Shown piece by piece: positions 1-13,758 of a stretch of 64,000 nucleotides of DNA. A program made the position numbers and the translations under genes. The DNA comes from Obrimoposthia wandeli (lineage: Eukaryota): assembly GCA_977020255.1 (NCBI GenBank), contig CDROCS010003532.1:1-64000 (forward strand). The letters run 5' to 3'. The number at the start of each line of letters is the position of its first letter. The first letter of the stretch is position 1. The notes below the pieces were generated by a model. That model searched no databases, was not told where the DNA came from, and was given only the letters and a program-made list of their open reading frames with translations.

Positions 1-2639
1 AAAAAAATTATTATGGTATCGTTTATCAATGAATATGGTATGTAGCAACATCAAGCCATTGAAAGTGACAAAGATGGAAGCTACCCAGTGCTTCTTCTCC
101 GGATAAAGGAAAATGAACCTTTGAGGATCACCAATGCAAATAGTAATCCCAGTACCGCCCTGTCGGACTGAAAAGTTGGAAAGACTAATTCTGTTCAAAC
201 ACATGCACTGTTAGATTTCGAAAAATATCTTGAACTTCTGCCATTAAATGGGATCATACAGGGTGCTCTAAACATTGTTCCTGATTGTGGCTAAAATAGT
301 TAAGTTAAATAAGTGATTCAATCATGTCTTAACATAACTTTAACACAGTTTATAGAACTCCAACCTCTTCTGACAATCGCTATTTGGAAGACATTATCTG
401 TTTATTTGAATAATCTCAAATTTAATTTCTTTAAGTCGTAGCAAACTGTTTGTTGAGAAAGGTTGAACTCCCTCGTAGCCTCTCTTTGTGAAGAACACAC
501 AATCTCCAAAACACAGAACTTCAAATTTAACTTTAATCTGATATTGATTTTGCATCATGGTTACTTTCAAACATTCAATGTTGACATACATCTCTCTTTC
601 TGTTTTCTGATTGTTTATTTCTTTATTAAATTATATTTTGTAGTAAATTCATAGTAATACCTTCGATCCTTTGCACAATCTTGGAAATAATTGCATAACC
701 AACAATCGTTGTAATTTTTTCATTACTTAAATCACATTAATTAAGAAACAATTTTGACAAAGATTAAATTATTTATTTATGATTCCAAAGACCAATTTGT
801 TTGTTCCGCTTTTTTACTGTAAAAGTCAACATCACATTAATGAAATCTTTAGCAACATCACAAAATTGTCACAGAAATTGGAAAATTATATATATTCATT
901 GTGGTGGTTGTGTTTAATTAAACAGAAAAGTTTGAAAATATAAATTTTAAATCTTTTTTATTTTATGTTTTGATATTTTTGATATATACAAATATAAAAA
1001 ACTGTTACAACTTCAATTTCTAATAATTTTCAAGATACAGTTTCTAAATATGCTATAAAAATGTTTTAATTTCTTCTTTTTCGATAATTTTGAAGGAATT
1101 TCATTTTATGACATTGATGAACAGCTGAAATGTAGTATTTGTATTGACATTTTGCACTATATTTTCTCTTTACATTCAATACCAATTAAAGATTTTCTGA
1201 TATAACAATGTATAATCAAAGAATTTACAAAAATTATAATTTCATACCAAAATTATAATTTCATACCAAAATTTGATATAATTAAATAGTACGGATTTTG
1301 TTATATGGCTTTTAAATTTGTCATTTTATAAAATTGAAATTGGTAATCAATTTTAAAAAATATTACAGTAAGTCCTGTATGGTACAGTTTTGCCATGAAT
1401 TTTCTAAGATTATGACAAAAAAAGAATGGGTTTCAATAAATACGGCATATTGTTGGAACAGATTAATCGTATTATTTAAGGACTTCTATTAATAACTATT
1501 ATAATTAGCCAAAAAATACTGAATTAGAATTTCTTTAGGTGTTGTGATATCGCTTTTAACTCGTTCGTTACTATAAGGTTCATGATAATATTTCGATTTT
1601 CATTAAGTTGGCATAAATTTTAAACTCACCACCGACTGAAATCAGTTAAATTTTCAAAATAAAACTTTCATTGTGAGTATCGAAGTATTATAAAAATAAT
1701 GTGGAAACTTACTCATTATACATAATTAATCGATGTTAGTTGATTATAATCAATTACTATTGATTCAATTTTCATTAATTGTTACAATAAAATAAAAACC
1801 TTTATACAGAATCCCCTACTTACTATTGTTATCATACTCTACTAGAAGAAAACTAAAATTGTGTTGTGTTCAAAACTAATTTTGGGCCTAAATGATTTGA
1901 ACATAAAAATGTTTGATATAATTTATTAAGAAATGCTTAACAATGTTTAGACATAAATTATATTTAACGTAACTTTGCTAAACACAAATATATTATAAAC
2001 AAAAGTATGTGTTGTTATTTCAGTCATGCTTATCAATAATTTATTATATTAAATTCAAAATATTATGCGTCCCAAACAAATTTCCCTATCTACGATTTTG
2101 AATAAAATATTTCAAGTTTATACTGTAATGACTTGAAATTTAAATATTTTAAAGATAACATGTCTATTGAAAGATATATTTCATTACCTTTATATCAATT
2201 AAAAAGAAATACTAAATTTAAAAAATAAAATTATCTCAAAAGATATCCCTGTATATTATAACACAAAAGTAACAATATTTATTTCATCAATATCGATACA
2301 TTATTTTCAATTAAATTTAATCATCTTTCTAGAAAGCTTTAGTATAGCTATTTTATATCATTTTAAGATAACTTATTCAAATCTATAAAAATTACACGTT
2401 TAAAGAAAATTAGAATTATTCGTGTAAATTATATTTAATAATATTTAATAATAATTTTCGACAATATTGAAGTATGGGGACTTAGACGGCTTAGATATAT
2501 AAGCAATATTAATTTCATCTACACAGATTACAATTTATTTAGCAACCTTAACCTAATTTTATCAGGCTAGAAATGAGAATTATTTAGTATACCTTCATTT
2601 ATAAGATGCTTTGTTAATAAATGAACATATTATCTGTAT

Positions 2640-3200
2640 TTCTATTTCTTTATATCCTGAATTTGATATGGCATCATTACATCATTATTTTACACCTTTC
2701 GTGAAACTACTATTTTCAGAAATGTATGTTCTATATATTTCATCGGGCAATAATAATTATCCATCTGGCCCCTTAGTCATAAACTTTTATTATCAGTAAT
2801 CATTATTTTATCACAGTATTTTCTTTGAGAAATCTAACCTTGGCCGTTTTTGAACTTAATTCAAAGTTGGAGCTTTTAATTTTTACATCGCTTAAGGAAA
2901 GTACTTTTGAAATCGCCATTATTTTTGATATCTGATTAATTATTTAATTTTGTCTCTATTGAATATTTGTTTTGAATCGTTTGTTCTTTATGTTGACACT
3001 ATTTCAGTTATTTTACATAAAGATTTGCCGCATTAAGAAATTTTCTAACTGTTTAAGAGTATCTTTTATTAAACTTCGACATTAGAATTGTGTATTTTCC
3101 ATCTTCTTGCTTTAAACATTTACTTTTTAAATATTCTTCTTCCTATAAACATTTTTTAGTAAACAAACTATATAAATCATGTTACTATAGTAATATAATC
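2640..3200 (-). mobile_element. Highly decayed Tc1-like transposase remnant
   Basis: Minus-strand GATAATAAAAGTTTATGACTAAGGGGCCAGATGGATAATTATTAT resembles the Tc1 'DEKKFNLDGPDG..YYW' motif; many stops and frameshifts; boundaries approximate. Confidence 0.3.
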
Positions 3201-4001
3201 AATATCTACAGAGAAATTTATAAATAATAATACTAGTGATATATTTTGGAATAATTTTAACTAAAATATATTTATTTCAATAATTGATAAATTTAAAGGA
3301 AACGTCAGTGAAAGATTTTTTAAATTATAGTAAAACTTCACCTTCTAATATATTTAAATTTTACTTTACGCACTTTGACGCACTTTAATATATATTACAA
3401 ATTTTTCAAACAAAATGAAAAGACCAATAAAAGCCAATCATATAAAACCTACCATTAGAAAAATAGATTAAACCAAAAAGAGAAAAAAATTAAGTCTTCA
3501 ATATTCTTAAAAAGTATAGGTATTTCTATATTATTAAAAGCAAGCTTGGATACAGTCTGCAAGCAAAGTTATAACTTTGGACCGAAATATCTTTAAAAAT
3601 ATTCAGAAGTCACATATTTCATATTGCATATTTTACTACTTTTATTTTAAAGTAATAAAATGCGGTATAATCTAATTTTAAAAAATATATTTTGTAGAAA
3701 ATATGAAATCAGTTACAAAATACAAAAAAAAGGTAAAAGAGAAACCAAGTTATGTGAAGGATTAATTCATATTGAGGGAAAATTCAAACAAAAAAAGGTA
3801 AAGCATCGACTTAGGGAAGAAAATATTTTGAAGTAAACAGTGTAAAAGTTAAATGACAAATTACATCATTACCATATATTTAACTGAAACTACGGAAGTT
3901 ATTTGAAGCGTTGTATATAGTTAGAGAAAAAGTTTCGAAATGAGTTTTTGATGTTCAGATTTTTTGGCACTACTAATTTTTAGTTGAAATTTATTATTAT
4001 G

Positions 4002-4334
4002 TTAGACACGGAGTCTGTAAGTTGACGATGTTCCGGTTTTGGTTTTGAATAAGTGACTAGTATTATAATCTAAAGTATTTTTGGGATTGGTTTTCTTTAC
4101 ATTATCACAGATTCCTGAAAATGGACCGTTGAAGTACTTACTTTGTGAGTTCAGTTCTATTTATAAAATATATTTAGGAAGCTTACCTTTGACTCCCATC
4201 ATTTTCTGGAGCTTGTACCGATTGGGATTGAGAGCACCGTGTATTTGCTCGAACTTGAGTGTGTAGAAGAGGGACGAAATATCATCTTCGTTCGGAATCA
4301 GCGAGAAACTGTTTCGTTCGAAGTTTAAAGTCAT
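4002..4334 (-). CDS. Candidate two-exon small gene (86 aa, unknown product); exons 4334-4187 and 4114-4002
   Basis: ATG at 4334. GTAAGC donor and TTTTCAG acceptor bound a 72-nt intron that contains an in-frame stop. The spliced frame is open to TAA at 4002 (MTLNFERNSFSLIPNEDD...STYRLRV). No recognisable motif. Confidence 0.35.
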
Positions 4335-5301
4335 TTGAATAGAATTTGTGTGTTCTTTTCATATTAATGAATATATCTTTATCTAGCTTACTGAAAATCC
4401 CTAATTCACAATTTCATGAACATTATTCAGATAAATTGCAACTTTAACAATTGAAATGTCTAAACAACTACGGTTTCAATATTTCTTCGCTAAGAATCAT
4501 TCGCAATATCAGTTTTGAGTACAGAAAATTACACAAAAACTGATGAGGTCTTTCGGAACAAAATTGTGGAATATATAGACAGACATTTTAGGAATTATAG
4601 AATGGATAGAAAGTAATTTGACTCTGTAATTTGATGAATAAATGAACATTTGTGATATTTTAGTATCCTACATCACTGACACATGTTTGAATATGTAGTT
4701 TAGCTTAAATGTGTTTAAAATTTGATAATTGAATACATGAACATTTATATTTTTCAAAACTGCCTTCTTCAGCATGTAAGATTCCCATATTTTTGAGATT
4801 TTAGTAAATTGTTACGGTAATCAAAAAACTGGATGTTTCATATACATCCTATGTTAACTGAAGGAAAAAACGAAATTCATTATTTTGAATCACAAATGCA
4901 GTTTCAAAGTAAATATATCCCAAATATTCAGTCAAAAATCAGAGCTTTGGATATGAATTCTCAAGTCAACACTGTTAAAAGCTGTGACTAACAAACAAGA
5001 GGAATGAATGAGGTGAAAAATATATATTAAAAGAAACAGCTACCATTTTATACTTCCAAAACTCACTATTGTACAATCTTCAAAATGTTATCTAAACTGA
5101 TTACAGGTGAGGATTGGTCTGGTACAATAAGTAAAATAAAGTACGATACAACTTATCTATGATAAATTCCTTGATTTGCGTTTTATTTTTTGGAATAATC
5201 TGTTAATTTGAAGGGTTAGTTGAAAACACAGAAGTTTCATTTTATTTTCATGTTTAAATATCATTTACTTTTTTATGCAATATTCTGAATTTCATATTAA
5301 C

Positions 5302-5860
5302 TACCGTATTTTCCGGTAAAAACCCGCAAGCAATGTAAAACCTGTGCTATTAAAAATTATCTTTTAATTGCATAACCCGCACTCACTAGAAAACCCGCAA
5401 ATCAAAAAATATAAATTTGTAATAAATGGGCATTTATTAGTGTTGTATTAAGAGCGATATTTCTTATTTAGATTAACTTTTGTATAAAATCCTATATTTT
5501 ATTAATATTATTCGTAAATAATATATTTATTGATTTGGTAAGTCATTTATATTTATTATTTTTAAAATTAGTATTAGACTTTGCAGCCAGAAGAGAGCGT
5601 TATCCAGCTGCTTACAAGCTTCAGACCATATGCAGAAGTTAACGGCAATAAAAAACCGCAAAGGAATACCATGTTGATGAAAAGTTAATAAGGGAATGGA
5701 GAAAGATGAAGAATATTTTAATCAAAGTACCCAAAACAGAATGCATTCAGAATGGATCTAAGAAAATCTTATTGATCAATCTTTCGCCCATTTGATCAGA
5801 TTCGCGTTAACAGATGAACATTATGAAAACAGTGACGATTATTACTACCTTATTTTAAAA
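5302..5860 (+). mobile_element. pogo/Tigger-like DNA transposon 5' remnant
   Basis: Starts TACCGTATTTTCCGG (pogo-type terminus). A frameshifted HTH 'RYPAAYKL...KEYHVDEKLIREWRK' lies at ~5595-5710. Right end not found. Confidence 0.5.
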
Positions 5861-6070
5861 AGAAGACAAGAAACAAAAGAACTACACGTCTGAACTTCAT
5901 TGTGGGCCGACAAAAGCTTTGATTTGAATATAAAATACTTTTACTGTTTCAAACATGTTTCCTTTAAAATTTACCTATATTTCTAGAAATTTAAAATATA
6001 AGTTAAATTCATTTTAAAAAAACGACGGAAAGTTTAAAAATTAAAAACGAAAAAAGAAGACCGTACTCTT

Positions 6071-6335
6071 CAGTTTCATACATGCAAGCTTTACAATAGT
6101 CTGCTATTCAGTTTTATGCATACAAGCTTTACAATAGTTTGCTTTACAGTTTCATACATGCAAGCTTTACAATAGTCTGCTATAAAGTTACATATATACA
6201 AGCTTTACAATAGTCTGCTATTCAGTTTTGTGCATACAAGCTTTACAATAGTTTGCTTTTCAGTTTCATACATGCAAGCTTTACAATAGTCTGTCATTCA
6301 GTTTTATACAAAAAAGCTTTACAATAGTTCGCTAT
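6071..6335. repeat. 38-bp tandem repeat, ~7 copies
   Basis: Unit CAGTTTCATACATGCAAGCTTTACAATAGTCTGCTATT with variants. Confidence 0.9.
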
Positions 6336-7851
6336 TAACAGTAAGAAAGTGTAATAATATTAAAGGATTCAGAAGAAACAGATCCGGATATTTGTAATCA
6401 AAATATTAGTATTGGAAAAAATGTTGCCCTCGCCTTTATTAAATTCTTAAGATATCCTAAAAGAAACATTGTAAGTGGTTATTCTAATGCTAATTCTGTC
6501 TAACAACTGCATACAAGTAATTCGTCTGCATGCTTTCAAAACTAAATATTCACAATATATAAGCAAACAAACAAAATATATAGATGAAAATTATGAACAT
6601 TTTTACTCCCTAAAACGTAGTTCGAAATTCTTATTTCAAATTATATTAAAACGAAAGAAGTCTTGGCTAATTCAATTAAACGTTTATCAAAATGAACAAA
6701 GAAGCATTGTTAACCTGTCAGATTCTGTGAAAACTTCCAAATCCTTTACTAAACGGTTCCATTCATTGTGAAAAATTTGTTCTTCTTCGCCACAGTTATT
6801 TACAAAAACAAAAATATAATCCTCAATATTTCCGATTTGAATTTTATTTTTAAGCAGAAATTCTTTAACTAACTGAATAATTTTAAAAATATTTTAAATT
6901 CGAGTAATAACTACTTTACAAATATCATCCACAGTTGTTAATTCTTTAACAGTTACATTAAATACAGTAACACATTTTTGTAGGTTTATAAAAATAGAAA
7001 TTTCAAAGTCACAAAATTTAAAATCACTTATAACTCCGTAAACATTCATATTAGATGTAAATCATAAAAATTAAAATAGATATTTAAAAAATACAGGAAA
7101 ATATAAAAATTCCGAAAATAAATTCAAATCTGTACAAGCGTGTAACCTCCGATATCAGAACAATTAAACAAATAAATGTATTTTGAAAAATAAAAAAAAT
7201 TAATATCAACATTAAAAGGCTATAAATATAATTTAATTCAAAGAAAATTAATTTACATAATTTTTAGTTGATTTTCTATTACAATACTGCAGATATTATG
7301 ATATGCTTATGTAGTCGACTAAAGTTGCTTTGCTCTAAAGTCGAATTATAGAATATTTTAATATTCATTTTAAAATTAGTTAAGTTGCGCAATATAAATA
7401 AACTTTGAGTTAAAATATGTAATGATATATAAAATAAAAATGGCTTATGATGTACAAAATAAAGATCTTTGTCGATAGCTTTCCAAAAAAAATGTTAATG
7501 ACTAATTAACGAAAATCTAAATAACTAATTAACTAAATTTGTTTAACGATATCAAAATCCGATTTTGAACCCTATGAAAGGAAATAAGGTAAATTAAATA
7601 AAAATATTTAAAGTAAATGTTATATTATTTTCTTTACCTAATCATAATATTGTTAGAATATGAAAATTAGTAAAAATGTAGATAAATAAAATATTAATAA
7701 TAATGGAAGTTAAACCTAGAAAAACCAAAGATTACATTAGAAATAATTTAAAATACACTAAAAAATAAAATTTAGAATACCAAATCAGAGTAAAATTGAG
7801 ACCTTGAAGAGGTCATAAAATGTTTATAGAAGGATTAAAAAAGTGCACAAG

Positions 7852-9578
7852 TGTTGGGGTTTCTATATGAAACTTATAGATCCTCTTGAATGTGGAGGGC
7901 CCCAACGTGAGTTCTTATAGAAGCAGGACTTAAAGTTGGTCGTGGCCTACTTAATGTTATGGTTGCCTGTCTCAATGCTTATCTGAAGGTGTTTGTTTTT
8001 GATGTCTCTTAATCTGAAGGGCTCAAAACAATGCTTTCTAATGTAGGAAATCGTTTATTGTTAACACACTAGATTAAACAAAACAATACGTTTACGTACG
8101 TATTTTCTAAAAAGTTGTAGTAAAATTCCTAAGACTTCTGTAAGTCTCTACACAAGTGGGGATGAACCACGTATTGATTTTACGTTAAGGTCGGTTAGTT
8201 TATTTGAGTCTTTAATCTAATTTGTGGATAAGCTCAAGGGCACAGACTCTGAAGAGCTGGTTGCTCTAAAATAGGGAATGAATTTAGAAAGCTTGTCGCT
8301 CTAATATGTGTGATTGGTTGGTCGCTAGAGTCTTTGCTCTAATACGGGGTAAGGCGAAGGTTATGGATTCCTTTAGACAACTTATATTTATTCGCAAACT
8401 ATATCTAATTCTTTTATTGTTTACGCAATTTTATAAAATCAAATTATTCTAGTGTTTTTGAATTAAGAAAATCAATATCTTTAATATTTCGTAGTTGAAT
8501 TCAATATCTTCAATATTTCGTAGTTTAATTCAATATCTTTAATATTTCGTAGTTTAATTCAATATCTTTAATATTTCGTAGTTTAATTCAATATCTTCAA
8601 AATTTCGTAGTTTAATTCAATATCTTCAATATTTCGTAGTTTAATTCAATATCTTTAATATTTCGTAGTTTAATTCAATATCTTCAAAATTTCGTAGTTT
8701 AATTCAATATCTTCAATATTTCGTAGTTTAATTCAATATCTTTAATATTTCGTAGTTTAATTCAATATCTTCAAAATTTCGTAGTTTAATTCAATATCTT
8801 TAATATTTCGTAGTTTAAATTCAATATTCCAATTTGTCTTACAATTTAAACTTCTCGTCTCACCTATTCGATTCAAGTAGATGTTTCCGCGAGGTGGTCC
8901 TGATGCTCCGCCGAGAACTGGTCCTTTCTGAGAACGATCACTGATGTCTCTGCGAGAATTGGCCTGGTTTGAGAATTACTAGAATTGGGCTGAGTCGAGA
9001 ATTGGGTTGAGTCGAGAATTGCGATTTTCTTCTTCTCAAGTTGGAATTTCTCTTTCGGCCGAGATCACTACTTTCCTGTTGATTTCTACTATTAATTAAA
9101 AAACGAATTAGACTTATATAGTCTACCTGTTTGCTGTCAATCACTTATGTTGGCAATGGATTTCTTCTTGGCAGCTGTAATTCCTATGTAGGTTTCTGTC
9201 AATCAGTTGACTTCTATTTCTCCTTGACAGCTGTAATTCCTATGTAGGTTTCAGTCAATCAGTTGACTTAATCAAGATCCTGTTAACGAGTAAGTGATTT
9301 GATCGATAATTGTAACTTACGGTTTCTGGCTTCTTGTACTTTAATTTTCTTTGGGTATTTTGTACTCTGGCCCTTTTTTTTTAGGTCTTTAACTTTTATA
9401 CACATTTAGCGCATTACACACGACCTTCGTGGTCCTCTAATATTTATTTACTATCTAAACATGAACAATTTTAATTCTGATATAAAACTTATTTAATTCT
9501 AACCTTGCTTTCAAGGATTTTTATTTTACTATAAAATCAATTAATTATTTAATTTGTTTCCAAAACCTAAACCTAACA
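7852..9578 (-). mobile_element. Solo LTR (1727 bp) related to the giant element
   Basis: TG...CA ends with a perfect 4-bp TSD CAAG (7848-7851 / 9579-9582). Both ends align with the 5' LTR at 32593-34317. Minus-strand TATAAAAG at 9393-9400 and AATAAA at 8054-8059. Confidence 0.9.
8470..8825. repeat. 29-bp tandem array inside solo LTR, ~12 copies
   Basis: Unit TTCGTAGTTTAATTCAATATCTT(C/T)AATAT. Confidence 0.9.
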
Positions 9579-11155
9579 CAAGAAGTGAACGAAAAAAATA
9601 AGAAAATTGCAAGCCCAGAATTGAAAAAGTACATACTCTATAATTAGTAATAATTCTATAATAATAACATTCATCGAATTGTGCGGAATTCGAAGCACAT
9701 AATAATTTCAAGTTACAGCGAAATTTTGATCCTAAAATCTGTGCCGACAGCATCCAGCCTACTACAAAAAATGAACGTTAAAGAAATACATTTACAGCAA
9801 ATATGTTTACCATAATTCACAGTTGAACGCAAAAGTCGAAAAGAAAATGAAATTCTGTAGTGGAATAGCCTAAGATCGAGCGCGGGAAAATCCAGGAGTA
9901 ATAAATCAGCAAAAAGTGTCAAGCTGAGATATCGGAACAAAGAAGCATGAACTTAATCGCGAGGAGACGTGAACGTGAGGAGACGCAGGAAATTCAATTC
10001 TAGGACGCCGCGTGACTATTTGAATATCGGATTTAGGACGCGAAACGATTAATTTGTGAAGATCCGAATTGAATCATAGTAAGGACAGAAGTTAATTAAA
10101 ATATTGTAATAATTGTGAGAACTTTTAAAAGAAAATAATTAGAAAAATATTGTAATAATTGAAAAAGTATAGAGTGTCACTCTAACCTCCAGAATTAGTA
10201 GTCTTGTTTGATAATTCGCTAAACCTTTTTAGTATCGGACAGTTGTTGTATTGTGAAAATAAATTAGTATTAAATTAAGCTAAGAAATTAGTGTTTTACG
10301 AAAACAAGCCTCGCGAGATCGTCGAGCCCACTAATCTATAGGCTAGCGAGTAAACTACGTAATGGTGCTCCGAGCCCCGGTGTATTCAGCGGATTGCTAA
10401 GCCCTGGTATTATCGGAGGAGCATCGTTAGCGTCGCTTGGCTCTGGCTCTATTTCGTATTACAGTCTAAGTTTTTAACCTGCCCCTCTCTGAATTAAACT
10501 TCAAACAGCCTAACCATCTAACCACCCGAAGCCTATAATACACCTCATTAGTTTTAGGGTTCCCTTTCAGTTATCTTGAACACAACTCTTTGCACACAGC
10601 ACCAAACAAAAAAACATCATCCAAAACCTTCAAATTTGAAACTAGAACTAAGTAAGAATAAGTAGGCCACATCCATTTGTAAACCTTATCTCTACAGAAC
10701 TCACGTTGGAGCCTCCGAACAAGGATCTAGTTTCAATTAGAAACACAAATAATATTTTATATTCGTTTAAAAAATTATCTCTGTTGAAGATATTTTAATT
10801 ACAAATTTACAAAATAGAAGGTGAATCTAAATCTATGTAAGTCTGGTTTAACTAAAATTATTTTCAAAAAGATTTTCCTTATAAAAAAATGCATAACTAA
10901 CAAAATTAATAACGCCGACTTAGCACTGTTTTATTGGTCATTGTAGAACTCAAATAAAAAATGTAATTAATTTATGACTAATCCTAATATTATAAAAATT
11001 AACCAACTTTTCTACTGTTTATCTCGTAAAACATTTAAAATGGAGAAATTTTTATATTGTAATAATTTATTCTAAATTATATAAACTATTGACTACTATC
11101 GATCAAGTATTTACGAGATGTTTCAGTATGAAAATTGCTTAACTATCAAGTAAAT

Positions 11156-11415
11156 ATGGTATTTTTATTAAATATTTTCCATATTGTACATTTGTGTTTA
11201 GAGAGAGATAATTTCATTCTACATCGGACAGGCTGGTGTTCAGTGTGGTATGTCAATATGGGAACTGTTTTGTTGTGAACATCAAATCAGTAAAGATGGG
11301 CATTTGGTAGAACGTACACATGAGTGTGAGAATATCGAAACATTTTTTCAAAAGACTGCTTATAATACTTGGGTTCCTAGAGCTCTTTTTGTGGATTTAG
11401 AACCGACAGTGATAG
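11156..11415 (+). CDS. TUBA: Divergent alpha-tubulin, exon 1 (ATG, 11156-11158) and exon 2 (11202-11415); remaining exons not found in window
   Basis: Spliced translation MREIISFYIGQAGVQCGMSIWELFCCEH...TFF...WVPRALFVDLEPTVI. A 43-nt GT-AG intron follows the ATG and a phase-1 GTTAGT donor follows EPTVI; both are known conserved alpha-tubulin intron positions. Confidence 0.85.
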
Positions 11416-11799
11416 GTTAGTGGGCCTTTACATACATAGTAATTTCTTTAATAATTGAATTCAAATACTATATGCAATTAAAGTATAAGAAAATACTATT
11501 TATGTGTGTAATAAAGAATATTTTACAAATGAATGGAAATAAGTTAGGTTAAGTTAATGTTGAGATTCAAAAAATGTAGACTTATCTTGGCAGAACACAA
11601 TTACAGTAATTTTAATAATTTTTATGTTTCTGCTGCATTATAATTATTATTAAAAGTTTTAATTTATAACTGGAAATAATAATTTACTTAAATAATAACA
11701 ATTAAAAAGCCAGTCTAGATGCTAATTTGAAAGTATTCAAATTAAAAATCGATATTTAATTGTGAAAGTACCCAAGAGTCATCTCAATAACTAAATAAT

Positions 11800-12630
11800 A
11801 TCCAAAGTTGAATAAACTTTTGTAGTTGAGTGTTTGCCACTTTTTTATATCCACTTTTTAACCAAGAAGCTAAAACTCTTTCCCATAATTTAAAAGCACA
11901 CAATAAACGACGATGGAACGAGAGTATAAATTGAAAAATCATTCACTGAGAAACTGTAACTTGTTGACAAGTTCACGGAATTAATCTTGTTAGAACAAAA
12001 TCCTTTGAAAAATATGATATGAAATACAGACAAATAATGGTTGAAGGAGGATTTTTCAAATAAATGTTAGCAGAAATGTGTACTGTACATAAAGTGAAAG
12101 TTAATACACTTTAGTTTTGTTTTTGATCTCGAATACACTATCGGAATGTGAGTTGAATCCAGGAATGTTGAACGAATCATATGACACATTTGTTCAAGTC
12201 GTGTCAAGAAAGAAAATATTTCGAAAGAATGTTTTGAGACATGAATCATAGACAAAAACTGGAAGAAAAAAGCTATCTTTAAATAAAATGCATATAATTT
12301 TTTCATATAATTCATTTTTGAAATAATAGATTGAAACTCTTTCCGGAAAAGAACAATAACCCATGAATTTATCTGTCTTACAATTCAACAAAATATGATA
12401 CTGATTTGATGAACTAAGTGGCAGGAAATTATTCGTGCAAGCGACTCACCAATAGATTGTGTTTTTCTTAAATTTGTTGAATCGGTGATATAGCGGCATA
12501 TGTCATATTGCATAAATTACACCCAAATCGGCAAATAAAGAAAGAGTATTGTCGAATTTTTTTATTCATAAAATTTTGAGGAATTTGTTTAAACAAATAT
12601 CAATTGAAGAGTTGCATAAGAAAGTAATAA
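11800..12630 (+). mobile_element. Possible decayed hAT transposase remnant
   Basis: Fragments 'RRWNES' and 'TPKSANKERVLSNF..HKILRNL' resemble the hAT RW motif and dimerisation domain; heavily disrupted. Confidence 0.3.
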
Positions 12631-13223
12631 ATATATGAGCAAGAGCATTTCCTAGAGAATTCATCAGAAGCAACTGCTCATCAGAGACACAACTGAAGAT
12701 AAGATAAGATAAGAACGTTCATAATGTCATATTCATCCTACTACCAGGAATTTCTTTCAAGGGAATACATGGAATAAAATACTTGCAAAAACCATGTACA
12801 ATTAATATATTATACTTTTATTCCAAAATTATGATATTTGTTACGTATGTTCAACAAATTTCCTTAACTCTTTTCTTGTATATCCACTTGAACTATTCTA
12901 AGTAGCAATAAATACACTATTTGATATTATTACACTTCGGCTGTCGAGGCGACAGTAAAGTGTTTTTGTAACAAATTTCTCAGCAATAATTAATCAGGAT
13001 TAATCAATCTATAAATATAAAAAAATCAATCTATAAATATAAAAAAATCTCACTCAGCCGCTCCAATTTATCTCATAGTTGCCGATCTCACTCAGCTGCT
13101 CCAATTCACCTCGCGGTTGCAAATCAACAAGTGCTCCAATTCACCTTGCAGTTACGGATCGGCAAACTTTTCACTTCGTCCCTGGAATTAGAAATCGGAT
13201 TAGATAGGTGAGAACGTAGCGAG

Positions 13224-13758
13224 GATAAATTGCTTATAAACTAAATTGACTATTTTGAATACGTAACGAAGATAAATTGCTTATAAACTAAATTGACTAT
13301 TTTGAATACGTAACGAAGATAAATTGCTTATAAACTAAATTGACTATTTTGAATACGTAACGAAGATAAATTGCTTATAAACTAAATTGACTATTTTGAA
13401 TACGTAACGAAGATAAATTGCTTATAAACTAAATTGACTATTTTGAATACGTAACGAAGATAAATTGCTTATAAACTAAATTGATTATTTTGAATACGTA
13501 ACGAAGATAAATTGCTTATAAACTAAATTGATTATTTTGAATACGTAACGAAGATAAATTGCTTATAAACTAAATTGACTATTTTGAATACGTAACGAAG
13601 ATAAATTGCTTATAAACTAAATTGACTATTTTGAATACGTAACGAAGATAAATTGCTTATAAACTAAATTGACTATTTTGAATACGTAACAAAGATAAAT
13701 TGCTTATAAACTAAATTGACTATTTTGAATACGTAACGAAGATAAATTGCTTATAAAC
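13224..13758. repeat. 47-bp tandem array (11 full copies + partial) in the element's 3' non-coding region
   Basis: Unit GATAAATTGCTTATAAACTAAATTGACTATTTTGAATACGTAACGAA, nearly identical copies. Confidence 0.95.

Larger units (their letters stand above)
7651..10747 (+). mobile_element. Sister-family ('B') LTR in plus sense, interrupted by the solo LTR at 7852-9578
   Basis: The 3' end (10330-10747) is homologous to 34910-35298. Its last ~170 bp are a diverged inverted copy of the A-type LTR end (gtaggccac...gaactcacgttggagcctcc...gaaacaca). The TGTTAG start at 7651 is tentative. Confidence 0.55.

Noticed and set aside
7852-10747. A single ~2.9-kb LTR with long terminal inverted repeats
   Set aside because: Better explained by nesting: the TSD at 9579-9582 and the third LTR (55419-57103) both define the end at ...CCTAACA.
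13224-13758. Tandem arrays (also 6071-6335 and 8470-8825) as CRISPR arrays
   Set aside because: Head-to-tail repeats without unique spacers, no cas genes, eukaryotic context.
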